A stretch of DNA of 64,000 nucleotides from Candidatus Aenigmatarchaeota archaeon (GTDB taxonomy: Archaea; Aenigmatarchaeota; Aenigmatarchaeia; JACPZZ01). This document shows positions 39,296 to 48,880 of this stretch, in pieces. The notes beneath the pieces are model-generated. The model saw only the letters and a list, made by a program, of their open reading frames with translations, made no database searches and was not told the origin of the DNA. Position 1 is the stretch's first letter; every line of letters starts with the position of its first letter. The DNA is taken from positions 57,522 to 121,521 of the forward strand of contig JACQNZ010000004.1 in assembly GCA_016202815.1 (NCBI GenBank), in the 5' to 3' direction. The translations under genes were made by a program, and so were the position numbers.

Positions 39296-41242
39296 TTATT
39301 TTTTCTGCATGTCGTACATTTTTTGCAGACGTTCCATGGTCTCGCTTTCGCGCTCGGACTTCTCATTCCGAATGCGGACAAAGCGCGGGAATCGCAAGCC
39401 GAAACCGGACGCGTAAGTCGGGCTTTTTTGGATCTCCTCGTACGCGACTTCGATCACAATTTTCGGTTTTATTTTTACAAGCCCGGATTCCTGTTTTTCT
39501 ATCAGCGGTTTCAGCATTTCAGTCATGTCGCCGTATGTTATGTCCATGCCGTTTTCTTTTTTCTCCTTTATGCCGGTCGACATCATTCCGCATTCCAAAA
39601 ATTTGTCTGTGTCCGGATCACGAACGGCTAAGACAAAGGACGTCAACCAGCCGGATCGTTTCCCCGTTCCCCATGTAGCGCCGACAATAACCAGGTCCAG
39701 GTTTTCCATAGTTGGTTTTACTTTTAACCAGCCGCCTGCGACATTGCGCCCGGGAATGTAAAGCGCATCAAGATTTTTTACCATCACGCCTTCCTGGTTG
39801 TTGTTCAGCGCCTCCTTGTAAAACTTTTCGGCCTTTTTCAAGTCTTTTGTCACCAGCTGGCCGATTATGCGGAAATCGTCGTCCGGCTTTATTATTTTTT
39901 CCAGGATTTTCCTTCTTTCGCGTAGCGGTTTTTCGAAAAGCTGCCCGCCTTCAACGTAGACAACGTCAAACAGGTTGACCTGGACCGGTATTTCCCGCAC
40001 CATGCGTTCTATTTCATGCTTCCTTTGTATGCGCTGCGACAAAACCTGGAACGGCAAAGGCCTGCGCGTCTTCATGTCTATAGCAATCGCCTCGCCCTCT
40101 ACGATGCAATCTTTTGCAGCAACGCATTTCTGGACGAGTTTAACCATGTCTGGAAACTGGCGCGTGACGTTTTCCAGCCTCCTGGTAAATATTAAAACCT
40201 TGTTTCCCTGTTTGTGGATCTGGCAGCGCATGCCGTCCATTTTCCATTCAATCGCAACGTTTTCGAAGCTGCCCAGCGCTGTTTTCAGGTCCGGCGACTT
40301 CTCTGCGAGAAGCACCTGCACGGATTTCCCTATTTCCAGCTTTATTTTTTTCAGGCCGTTTTCGCCGTGCTTTTTGGCCGCAACAGCTATTTCGCTGAAA
40401 TCCGATTTCATGTTCCAGGCGCGCTCGACGCCTTCAGCGCTGACGTTGAAGGCCTTAGCGATCGCGTCCCTGATCACGCCTTCTGCTATGCCGACGCGCA
40501 TTTGCTGGAGCAATGTGCGGATTATGTATCTTGCCTCGATGGGGGACGCGGCCGTTACCAAAGAGGATATCAGGGACAATTTCCTTTCCTGTGAACCTTT
40601 TCCAACCTGTTTTGCTATCTCCTGCGTTGTCCTGAAGACTTTTTCAACAGTCAACTGGCCAGATGATAACGTGGATTGCCTTTTGCGCGAAACAAAGTAT
40701 TCTGCCACCAGGCCGATGTCGCCAAGGGCGACGAGTTTTTTTTCAACGTCTTTTTGCGGGGTGCCCGTGGCTTTTGCGACGGCCTTGACCGCGAGCTGGG
40801 CTGCAATTCCCAGTTCTGTGGGCTCGTAATCCGGGAATACGCGGCCGTTGGATAACATGACGACCTGAGGCAGGGCGTCACCTGAGCCGACAAACAGGCC
40901 TGCGAGAATGCCGGCCTTTGTCAGTTTCGACGGAGTCGATTCGAGCAGCTCGTAAGCCTTTGCAAGTTCAATGTATTTCGTAAAACACCACCCGTTTACA
41001 CAATTTACTTCTCCGTATTGGTAATTTAAACCCTGTCTGACAAAAAAGTCTTCATGGCCGACGATTATGAAAAGTTGCTGAGCCGCGGGTTGTCCAGGAT
41101 CAAAGATTCGGGCGGGCCGGGCAGGTTTGAAATGCCTGTTGCCGAAGTGGAGGCGCACGGCCAGCGCACCATAGTACGCAATTTCGCGCAAATAGCGGAC
41201 AGGTTTCGCAGGGATCCGCAGCATATGCTCAAATTTTTTCAA
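39296..41242 (-). CDS. lig: ATP-dependent DNA ligase (start codon uncertain)
   Basis: Adenylation motif I KMDGMR, EGEAI motif, C-terminal LRFPRF OB-domain motif; N-terminal 60 codons overlap aIF2 beta on the other strand, so the true start is probably downstream of 41242. Confidence 0.8.
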   Translation of the reverse strand: MKKFEHMLRIPAKPVRYLREIAYYGALAVRLHFGNRHFKPARPARIFDPGQPAAQQLFIIVGHEDFFVRQGLNYQYGEVNCVNGWCFTKYIELAKAYELLESTPSKLTKAGILAGLFVGSGDALPQVVMLSNGRVFPDYEPTELGIAAQLAVKAVAKATGTPQKDVEKKLVALGDIGLVAEYFVSRKRQSTLSSGQLTVEKVFRTTQEIAKQVGKGSQERKLSLISSLVTAASPIEARYIIRTLLQQMRVGIAEGVIRDAIAKAFNVSAEGVERAWNMKSDFSEIAVAAKKHGENGLKKIKLEIGKSVQVLLAEKSPDLKTALGSFENVAIEWKMDGMRCQIHKQGNKVLIFTRRLENVTRQFPDMVKLVQKCVAAKDCIVEGEAIAIDMKTRRPLPFQVLSQRIQRKHEIERMVREIPVQVNLFDVVYVEGGQLFEKPLRERRKILEKIIKPDDDFRIIGQLVTKDLKKAEKFYKEALNNNQEGVMVKNLDALYIPGRNVAGGWLKVKPTMENLDLVIVGATWGTGKRSGWLTSFVLAVRDPDTDKFLECGMMSTGIKEKKENGMDITYGDMTEMLKPLIEKQESGLVKIKPKIVIEVAYEEIQKSPTYASGFGLRFPRFVRIRNEKSERESETMERLQKMYDMQKK

Positions 41243-41464
41243 AAGGAGCTGGCGACTTCCGGCAGCATAGAAAACGGGCAGGCTGTTTTCCTTGGCAACA
41301 TAACCCCGGCGCTGATAGGGAGGAAGCTAACGGATTACGCAAGCGAATTCGTCTTCTGCAAGGCTTGCGGGCAACCGGACACTGGGATCGCAACTGAGGG
41401 CAAGGTTGAAATGCTGGCTTGCTGGGCGTGCGGAGCAAAGCGGCAGATAAGAAGCCTGAAATGA
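41054..41464 (+). CDS. Translation initiation factor 2 beta subunit (aIF2 beta)
   Basis: N-terminal DYEKLL...RFEMP...RTIVRNF block and C-terminal zinc ribbon CKACG...CWACGA. Confidence 0.8.
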   Translation: MADDYEKLLSRGLSRIKDSGGPGRFEMPVAEVEAHGQRTIVRNFAQIADRFRRDPQHMLKFFQKELATSGSIENGQAVFLGNITPALIGRKLTDYASEFVFCKACGQPDTGIATEGKVEMLACWACGAKRQIRSLK

Positions 41465-41501
41465 CATTAAGCTTTAAATAGGTCTTTAACTAATTTTAAT
41501 T

Positions 41502-41912
41502 ATGTTTAAGGGCGTAACGCCTGTAATAGCAACTGTTATGCTTATTCTGATAACGGTTGGCGTTGTCGGCCTATTTTATGGCTGGTCCTCGGGACTTTTT
41601 AACACACAGATTGAAAAGTCGGTCATAATACCGTCCGGGGCTGCCACATGCAACAACGGGTTAGTTACGGTGCGAGTCCAGAACATTGGAAGTTCAAGCA
41701 CAGTGACTGACAGCGACATCATCGTTGCGCAAATAGCGGGTAGAGAGTGCACTAAAGCTGCGTTAAGCATAGCGCCCGGACAGGCCGGCGTAATAATCAA
41801 TGCGCAGGGATGCGGTGCGGCATGCGCCACAGGCACGCTTTGCTCCGGCAATGTTGAAGTCCGCGTTGGGACGCGCACAGGCGTTGTCGAATCGACAGCG
41901 TTCTGCGCCTAA
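41502..41912 (+). CDS. Archaeal type IV pilin-like protein (class III signal peptide)
   Basis: N-terminal KGVTPVIATVMLILITVGVV matches the archaeal pilin/archaellin prepilin leader pattern. Confidence 0.5.
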   Translation: MFKGVTPVIATVMLILITVGVVGLFYGWSSGLFNTQIEKSVIIPSGAATCNNGLVTVRVQNIGSSSTVTDSDIIVAQIAGRECTKAALSIAPGQAGVIINAQGCGAACATGTLCSGNVEVRVGTRTGVVESTAFCA

Positions 41913-41950
41913 GCTTTTTTCTTTTTTAAAAAAAGAAAAACCCTCAACAA

Positions 41951-41996
41951 CGAAAATCGTTAGATTTTCGTGTGTAGGAAACTAAAGTTTCCTACA
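41951..41996. repeat. Composite double-palindrome element (CGAAAATC-GTTA-GATTTTCG followed by TGTAGGAAAC-TAAA-GTTTCCTACA)
   Basis: Read directly; homologous 46 bp element at 56852-56897. Confidence 0.6.
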
Positions 41997-42072
41997 GGTA
42001 AAAAGAAAAAGTTGGACGGACGTTTTTCCCCGTTTCTTTTATATTTTTCAGTTCGTAATTTTACAAAGGTTT

Positions 42073-42393
42073 ATGATGCAAAGATTTTACACAAAGATGG
42101 CGGAAGCTAACGGAGAAACTATTCTAGCGGCATGCGACGAGCCGGTTGCCGGGAAGACTTTTGAGGATGAGAAAGCACGCTTGGCCGTTTCCAGGCAATT
42201 TTATTGCGGCACACTGTGCGATGAGGCCGGACTGGTGGAAAAGATGCGGACAGCAACGATAATAAACCTTGCCGGAGACAGGTGCGTTGAAGTTGCGATC
42301 AGGTACGGTTTTGTCGGCAAAGGCCGGATAGTGCGGATAGGCGGCATTGCGCACGCGCAGGCCATAACTCCAAAGTACAGCAATGTTGAATAA
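42073..42393 (+). CDS. Hypothetical protein
   Basis: 106 aa ORF about 80 bp downstream of the palindromic element. Confidence 0.35.
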   Translation: MMQRFYTKMAEANGETILAACDEPVAGKTFEDEKARLAVSRQFYCGTLCDEAGLVEKMRTATIINLAGDRCVEVAIRYGFVGKGRIVRIGGIAHAQAITPKYSNVE

Positions 42394-42432
42394 CATCCCA
42401 AAGCTTTTTATCAGAAAATCCTATTTTCGGGT

Positions 42433-43242
42433 ATGAAAGGGCAGTTTTTCATCGTGGCGACCGTCGTTATTGTAGGCGTGTTGCTGGGCATATACCAGAG
42501 CCTCCAAAACTATTCCACGCTTGACCTTTCAGAGCCGCAAACATATTCCGAGGCGTTTGTACTCAAAAACATTGTTGACGTTTCCGAAAACCTTGGCAAG
42601 TCGCTCCAGTACAAGTCGCAATGCGGCGACACCACCCAGTTTGACGAATTAAAATATTTTTTTGAAAGCAGGGCTTCGGGGCCGTTTTCGATAGATTTCA
42701 ATTACACGCTTGGCTGCACTTCGAACAACCTGCTCAGGAACGCCTATTACAACGTCACCCTGTCGTCGAGCAGGGCAAAATATTTTGCGTCGTTCAAGGC
42801 CTCAAGCTTTGACGGCTACACGATAATGGGATCGTGCGACTCGGCGTTTTACGGCTTTGCCGACATATTAAGCACGGATGACGCGTACAAGCAGCATAAG
42901 ATAACAACGGGCTGCGACAGTAATCCGGGCGCAAAGTTCCTGTGGAACAAGAACGGCGCTTACATGGCCTTCAGGGCGGCGGGCGTAAATGCGAACAGCG
43001 TGGACGTAAAAGCTTACACGGAACAGGCGGGAGGCGCGGACACTGATACGATTTCCGTACACATATCGCCTGACGGGAAAACTTATTCGCAATGCGGGAC
43101 AGACGCAACGGGAAGCGAGTCGTGGGTTATTAACAGGCTGTGCGCATGCGCAGGCTGCACCGATGTTTACGTTAAAGTCACGCTCAAGAATAAAGGATCG
43201 CAGCCGAACATACTGAGAAAAGTCGAGCTGACCATATTTTAG
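42433..43242 (+). CDS. Archaeal pilin-like protein (class III signal peptide)
   Basis: N-terminal KGQFFIVATVVIVGVLLGI prepilin-like leader, Cys-containing extracellular domain. Confidence 0.45.
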   Translation: MKGQFFIVATVVIVGVLLGIYQSLQNYSTLDLSEPQTYSEAFVLKNIVDVSENLGKSLQYKSQCGDTTQFDELKYFFESRASGPFSIDFNYTLGCTSNNLLRNAYYNVTLSSSRAKYFASFKASSFDGYTIMGSCDSAFYGFADILSTDDAYKQHKITTGCDSNPGAKFLWNKNGAYMAFRAAGVNANSVDVKAYTEQAGGADTDTISVHISPDGKTYSQCGTDATGSESWVINRLCACAGCTDVYVKVTLKNKGSQPNILRKVELTIF

Positions 43243-44372
43243 GCCTTTAATACCTCTGCTTCTTCTTCTGTAAGGCTGAACCTCGATGCGACGTCCCTGC
43301 TTTCAGAAATTATTTTGAGGAACGGCAGGTAGACCGCGTTTACGGAAGCGGAAGACTCGTGCAGTTGCTTCCCTATTTTTTTGCACGCCTCTTTCCTGAG
43401 CGCGCGCTTCTTTTTCGTGCGCGCCAACGAAGCGATTATTTCGGGCGGGCGGTACATCACGAACGAATTGTATTTTTGTTTTTTCGCCATGGCTGTGCCT
43501 GCGGTCATCATGTCAATGAAATAGCCCAGCATTTTCCAGTTTTGCTTGCGTATCCGCGCGCGGAACAAATCTGCCAAAGCCAATGCTTGCATAGCTGCGG
43601 CAAGGTCTTCGATATCCTTGTATTCTTCCATCACGTTGTTTTCTATCCACCAAAAAGCGTATTCCGGGTCTTCGGAAACGCTATTCAAAGACGACCTGGC
43701 GTCTTTCGCGTTTTCCGACTTGAAAACATTCCTTACAGCGTCGAATATGGAAGCCTTCCTTTCCCGGAACGGTGACGACAGCGATTCCAGGTCATTGATC
43801 GCGGAGCGCAAATCGCCGGCCGAATTCTCGGCTATGGATTCTATCAGGCTGTCATCCACGGCAATTTTCTCCTGCATCGCGACTTCTTTTAGCCTTCTCG
43901 CAACCGAAGAGGACATTATTTTTCTTAGTGGAGTCAGCGCGGAAACGTCATGCAGCGCCCTGATTTTCAGATCCCACGCTTCATTGGCGGTCATGACTAT
44001 AGGGAACGAAGAACTTTTTATCAGGCTGACGAGCGGCGACACGGATTCTTCTTTTGCCAGCCCGTCGACCTCGTCTATCAGTATTAATTTTTTGCGTCCT
44101 GTCAGAGAGCCTTGCGAAGAGGCGGCGCCGACGATCTTTTCTATCTGGTCCGGCGTGCGGTAATCCGAAGCGTTCATTTCTATTAATTCCAGCCCATGTT
44201 CGTTTGCGAACGCGCTGACGATGCTTGTTTTTCCGCAGCCGGGGGGGCCGTAAAGAAACAACGCCTTGCCGCCTCTTTTCCAGCCGACAAACCAGTTTTT
44301 CAGCGTTTCAACGGCCGCGTTCTGGCTAACGATGTCTTTTGTGGTTTTTGGCCTGTATTTTTCAGTCAGCAT
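43239..44372 (-). CDS. rfc: Replication factor C subunit (large-subunit-like, DEVD box)
   Basis: LTEKYRPK N-terminus, Walker A LYGPPGCGKTS, Walker B LILIDEVDGL. Confidence 0.7.
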   Translation of the reverse strand: MLTEKYRPKTTKDIVSQNAAVETLKNWFVGWKRGGKALFLYGPPGCGKTSIVSAFANEHGLELIEMNASDYRTPDQIEKIVGAASSQGSLTGRKKLILIDEVDGLAKEESVSPLVSLIKSSSFPIVMTANEAWDLKIRALHDVSALTPLRKIMSSSVARRLKEVAMQEKIAVDDSLIESIAENSAGDLRSAINDLESLSSPFRERKASIFDAVRNVFKSENAKDARSSLNSVSEDPEYAFWWIENNVMEEYKDIEDLAAAMQALALADLFRARIRKQNWKMLGYFIDMMTAGTAMAKKQKYNSFVMYRPPEIIASLARTKKKRALRKEACKKIGKQLHESSASVNAVYLPFLKIISESRDVASRFSLTEEEAEVLKA

Positions 44373-44547
44373 TTTGTTTTGGCCTCTCTACCATAACGCT
44401 TAGTAAGATTAAAATCTCTTTCAGAAGCTTGAAGAACTCTTCCCTGCTTAATTTGGCCTGTTTAAGTATTTCACCCAGCATGTGAGGGTTTATCTGCTTC
44501 CTTCCGTGGACCGGGATTGGTATACTTCTTCCATCAGCATGTTCCAA
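44362..44547 (-). CDS. HicA-like toxin remnant (no canonical start codon)
   Basis: C-terminal IPIPVHGRKQINPHMLGEILKQAKL resembles HicA; reading frame stays open a further 22 codons upstream with no ATG/GTG. Confidence 0.3.
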   Translation of the reverse strand: MEHADGRSIPIPVHGRKQINPHMLGEILKQAKLSREEFFKLLKEILILLSVMVERPKQNAD

Positions 44548-44617
44548 AATGAGATGGCCTCCTGACTTCTGAAGAACCTTTAACAGCTTATCGATAGCTA
44601 TGGTTATAAGCCTCGTT

Positions 44618-44920
44618 TTACTTCACCTCGATAATCTGTACACCGACGAATTCGGTTTTCTCGAAGCGTTTCTTTAACCCGAAGCATATTCCTATAACCT
44701 CCCGGATGTTTGCAACCAGCTTGCCAAGAGTTCCCGCCTGCGTAAAGCAGCCGGACAGGGAAGGCACATACCCAACGTAGCATCCTGTTTCCCCTTTTTC
44801 CATAATCGCTGTGAATGTTTTACGGGAACCTTTCGTTAGTTTTATTATCCTCACGCCTGCGAATTCGCCGTATGGAGCGCCGCCTTCCGCTTTCAGACAG
44901 CGCCTGATGGCCGTTATCAC
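44618..44920 (-). CDS. HicB-like antitoxin, C-terminal half (split by frameshift)
   Basis: FTAIMEKGETGCYVGYVPSLSGCFTQAGTLGKLVANIREVI HicB/UPF0150-like; GTG start overlaps stop of upstream ORF at an A7 tract. Confidence 0.45.
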   Translation of the reverse strand: MITAIRRCLKAEGGAPYGEFAGVRIIKLTKGSRKTFTAIMEKGETGCYVGYVPSLSGCFTQAGTLGKLVANIREVIGICFGLKKRFEKTEFVGVQIIEVK

Positions 44921-45129
44921 ATTTTTTTAAGCCTGTCAAGTGTTTCAGCCCTAATTGAACAATCAGGAAATCCGGCAACCGTACCGATGTAGAATTTCCT
45001 GCCTTTCTCTATCACGACGGTAAATTTTTTTGCCATGTTCGTTAAATTAGTATCCGGTTGGCGGGTTAAATACGCTTCAAATTCCAGTTGTTTTAAAATT
45101 GCGGCTCCGAAGCTACCAGTTGTCGTCAT
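44917..45129 (-). CDS. HicB-like antitoxin, N-terminal half (split by frameshift)
   Basis: KFTVVIEKGRKFYIGTVAGFPDCSIRAETLDRLKKM HicB-like; continues in the next frame across the A7 run. Confidence 0.45.
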   Translation of the reverse strand: MTTTGSFGAAILKQLEFEAYLTRQPDTNLTNMAKKFTVVIEKGRKFYIGTVAGFPDCSIRAETLDRLKKM

Positions 45130-45279
45130 CCGAAAACGATCCAGGTGTCATTTATATCGTTAATATTTCATGCCTGAATCGTTTTCACGTCGGACTGGGA
45201 CGGTAAATCTTCGTCATTGCCGGAATTGTGTTGTGCACACAGATATATAATTTGAAAACTATCGAGTAATTCGGATCAC

Positions 45280-46629
45280 ATGGATTGGTTTTACGAACTT
45301 CCGAACCTGACAAAAAGCGACCCGGAAATAGCTGCGTTGATAAAGAAGGAGGTCGAGCGGTGGGAATTCGGGCTTCAGCTGATACCTTCGGAAAATTATG
45401 CGTCGCCAGCTTTGTTGGAGGCGCTTGGTTCTGTTTTGACGAACAAATACGCCGAAGGCTATCCGCGCAAGCGTTATTACAGCGGGTTCGAGTTCGTCGA
45501 CCCGATCGAAACTATTGCGATTGAACGCGCCAAGAAGGCTTTCGGCGTGCCGCATGCCAATGTACAACCGTACTCGGGCAGCCCTGCGAACATGGCTATT
45601 TATCTTGCCACATGCAATCCGGGCGATGTGATAATGGGATTAAACCTGCCTGACGGCGGGCATTTGACGCACGGCTGGAAAACGAGCGTTTCCGGAATGT
45701 TTTACAAATCAGTTCCGTACCATGTCAACGAAAACGGCTACATAGACATGGAGGAAGTGCGCTCGCTTGCGCAACAGCATAGACCCAGGCTGATTTGGGT
45801 CGGTGCGACGGCGTATACGCGCGAGTTTGATTTTGAGGCGTTTGGTAAGATAGCGGATGACGTGGGTGCATACCTTGTTGCGGATATGTCCCACGTGACA
45901 GGCTTGATACTTGCGGGCGTCCACAAAAGCCCTGTTGACCATGTCCATTTGATAATGACAACCACGCACAAGACGTTGCGCGGCCCGCGCGGCGCCATGA
46001 TACTGGTCACAAAAAAAGGCCTTGACAAAGATCCGGAACTGGCTGACAAGATAGACAGGGCCGTGTTTCCCGGCCTGCAAGGCGGGCCTCATGAGCACCA
46101 GATCGCGGCGACAGCGGTTGCATTGGGCGAAGCTTTGAAACCTGAATTCAGGGAACACGGCGCGCAGATTGTGAAAAACGCAAAGGCTCTCGCGTCCTCT
46201 TTAACGGATAATGGCTTGAAGCTGGTTTCCGGCGGCACGGACAACCACCTGATTTTGATTGATTTAACGCCTTTCGGTGCCGGGAAGGGAATTTTTGCGT
46301 CAGAGGCGCTTGAGGCTGCCGGCATATTCGTTAACAAGAACACCATACCGAACGATCCGTCAACGCCTTTTTACCCGAGCGGAATCAGGCTGGGAACGCC
46401 GGCGCTGACGACAAGAGGGATGAAAGAGGGAGAAATGGCGCAAATCGGCGAATGGATAGCGGCGGTGATAAACGAAACCAGGGTTTATGAACTGCCTGAA
46501 AAGGAGCAGCGCGCAGAGTACCTGAAAAAATTCAGGGCTGAAATAAAGGCAAACTCCGCGATCGGGCGCGTTAAAGACAATGTCAAGGCGCTTTGTTCAA
46601 TGTTCCCGTTTTACACCGGCCGCGCTTGA
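45280..46629 (+). CDS. glyA: Serine hydroxymethyltransferase
   Basis: PSENYASPALLEALGSVLTNKYAEGYP and TTHKTLRGPRG PLP-lysine blocks. Confidence 0.9.
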   Translation: MDWFYELPNLTKSDPEIAALIKKEVERWEFGLQLIPSENYASPALLEALGSVLTNKYAEGYPRKRYYSGFEFVDPIETIAIERAKKAFGVPHANVQPYSGSPANMAIYLATCNPGDVIMGLNLPDGGHLTHGWKTSVSGMFYKSVPYHVNENGYIDMEEVRSLAQQHRPRLIWVGATAYTREFDFEAFGKIADDVGAYLVADMSHVTGLILAGVHKSPVDHVHLIMTTTHKTLRGPRGAMILVTKKGLDKDPELADKIDRAVFPGLQGGPHEHQIAATAVALGEALKPEFREHGAQIVKNAKALASSLTDNGLKLVSGGTDNHLILIDLTPFGAGKGIFASEALEAAGIFVNKNTIPNDPSTPFYPSGIRLGTPALTTRGMKEGEMAQIGEWIAAVINETRVYELPEKEQRAEYLKKFRAEIKANSAIGRVKDNVKALCSMFPFYTGRA

Positions 46630-46637
46630 GGTTTGTT

Positions 46638-48269
46638 ATGATCGACGAGTTTACAGAGGACGAGAAAAACGTTTTGAGGCCGTTTTTTTCCAACATGGAC
46701 AAGGATATTTTTGTAATTAAAAACCTGCCCGAAGTCGTAAAAGGTGCGCTATTTTCCCGTTATAGCCGCACCACGAAAAGCGTGCGACGCGTCCTTCTGG
46801 AGGAATTCATTAAAAAACCAGAAATGGGTTTCAGCCAGATCGTCGGCTCTGTCGAGGCGTCGAACCAGGCAAACGCCATTAAGAAGGCCGAGGAATTTTA
46901 CGACCGCGTGCTTGTGGATTACGGCGACGATTCTGTTGCAGAGCTGGGCGGAGCGCACATAGCCTGCGAAAACGTGTCGATAATAGCCACCAAAATTATG
47001 GAGGATGCCAGGATAGGCTTGTCACCGCTGGAAAAGTCGACGCGATACGTGTTTTTCGACCAGAAAGAGAACGGCGGTTACAAGTTTTACAAGGAACCTG
47101 TGCTTGCGACTTCACAATTCGCGGACGAATATGAGCAGATCATGAGCCTGCTTTTCGATACTTATGCGCGGATGGTTGAACCCGTGAAAAAGTTCATGGT
47201 GGAGCGGTTTCCGAAAACTGATGACGTTTCCGACCGCGCTTACCAGTCGACGATACGTGCAAAGGCCTGTGACACCATACGCGGGTTGTTGCCGGCAGGC
47301 ACGCTGACGAACATGGGAATCTACGGCAACGGAAGGGCGTTTGAATACTTGCTGATCAAAATGCGCGCCAATCCGCTCACGGAGATGAGGAACGCAGCAG
47401 ATTCGATGAAAAACGAGCTCGGTACAGTGATACCGTCGTTTGTGAAACGCGTCTCGGACAAGCACGGCGACGCTTACAGGAATTACATATCCAAGAGCTT
47501 AGAGGATACGAAACGGTTTGCGTCCGGCTTTTCACAGTCCGCGGACGGCCAAAAAGCTGTCCAGCTGGTCGATTATGATAATGAAGCTGAGATAAAAATA
47601 ATTTCCGCCATACTTTATCCCCACACACACCTGCCCGAAAGCAGGATACGGGAGCTGGTAGCATCGCTAGGCGCAGATGAAAGGCAAAGGATACTGAAGG
47701 CGTACGTATCGGAGCGCGCTAACCGCCGCCACAGGCCGGGCCGTGCGTTTGAAAACGCATATTACAAATTCGATATTGTCGGGAACTATGGCATGTTCCG
47801 AGACCTTCATCGCCACAGGATGCTGACCCAGGAGCGGCAATCGCTGACAACAAACCACGGCTATGACATGGCAAAAGAGCTTGCCGCAGCCGGGCTTGAA
47901 TCAGGCTTCAAGGACGCCATGGAAGCAGCGAAAAACGCTTTCGGGCGCATCGCGGCCAAGTTTCCTGCCGAGGCGCAGTATGTTGTGCCGCTGGCGTACA
48001 GGGTCAGGTGGTATTTTTTGATGAACTTGCGCGAAGTTTACCATTTGTGCGAACTTCGCAGCGTCAGACAGGGCCATCCCGATTACCGTCTGGTTGCGCA
48101 GAAAATGTTTGAGGAAGTGAAGAAAGTCCATCCAAACCTTGCGGCCTTTGCCAATTTCCTTGACACGAATACATACGATCTTGAAAGGCTTGAAGCTGAG
48201 AAGAGGATAGACAGGAAAATCGAGGACATCGGTAAGAAATATCCCGGGAACTGGACAAAAAATAAATAG
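46638..48269 (+). CDS. thyX: FAD-dependent thymidylate synthase ThyX (long form with N-terminal extension)
   Basis: ThyX motif FRDLHRHRMLTQERQS in the C-terminal half; start at ATG 46638. Confidence 0.7.
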   Translation: MIDEFTEDEKNVLRPFFSNMDKDIFVIKNLPEVVKGALFSRYSRTTKSVRRVLLEEFIKKPEMGFSQIVGSVEASNQANAIKKAEEFYDRVLVDYGDDSVAELGGAHIACENVSIIATKIMEDARIGLSPLEKSTRYVFFDQKENGGYKFYKEPVLATSQFADEYEQIMSLLFDTYARMVEPVKKFMVERFPKTDDVSDRAYQSTIRAKACDTIRGLLPAGTLTNMGIYGNGRAFEYLLIKMRANPLTEMRNAADSMKNELGTVIPSFVKRVSDKHGDAYRNYISKSLEDTKRFASGFSQSADGQKAVQLVDYDNEAEIKIISAILYPHTHLPESRIRELVASLGADERQRILKAYVSERANRRHRPGRAFENAYYKFDIVGNYGMFRDLHRHRMLTQERQSLTTNHGYDMAKELAAAGLESGFKDAMEAAKNAFGRIAAKFPAEAQYVVPLAYRVRWYFLMNLREVYHLCELRSVRQGHPDYRLVAQKMFEEVKKVHPNLAAFANFLDTNTYDLERLEAEKRIDRKIEDIGKKYPGNWTKNK

Positions 48270-48500
48270 AAAAAGGAGCAAAAAAGTGACGAAGGGCCAA
48301 AAAACAAAGATCAGACCGATCTAATCAACTATCTCTTGCTCTTTTTTTTCTTCTTAGCCAAATTCAAGACCTCCTTTTTACAAAAAACTTCCCGAACAGA
48401 AGTTCATATATTAATTGGGCGAGCTTCCATATAAAATGCGCGGTCGAAAAATTTAGAAAAAAGAAAAAAAATTAAAAAAAGAAAAATTTGTAAATCCTGT

Positions 48501-48749
48501 TCAGCCGGATCTCATTTCGTTGACCGAGCCCAGGAGAAATTCCATCATTTCGTCGGTCATCGGGATAGCAACAGACCGTTTGTAAATCTTTTCTCCGGTT
48601 TTCGAGAAAAACCCTCTCGAGATGGAAAGGAATTCGTTCTCGCCTTCCTCCGTTTTAGCCCGCTTGCGCGCTATTTCAAGGAAGTTATTCCTCCCGAAGT
48701 TCATCTCTTTCGAACTTATTGTTTCAAACTCCACTATTCTTTCTGTCAT
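48501..48749 (-). CDS. Hypothetical protein
   Basis: 82 aa ORF. Confidence 0.3.
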   Translation of the reverse strand: MTERIVEFETISSKEMNFGRNNFLEIARKRAKTEEGENEFLSISRGFFSKTGEKIYKRSVAIPMTDEMMEFLLGSVNEMRSG

Positions 48750-48880
48750 TCAGTCTCACTCCTTGTCGTGTTAGATAACAAAAACAGGTTCTGATTTGTA
48801 TGAACCTGTTTCCGTTTATACGGCTTTACCGTTTACTATCAGTTCCGGCGGCAGATTAATAAATCTTAGCCCTTATCAAT

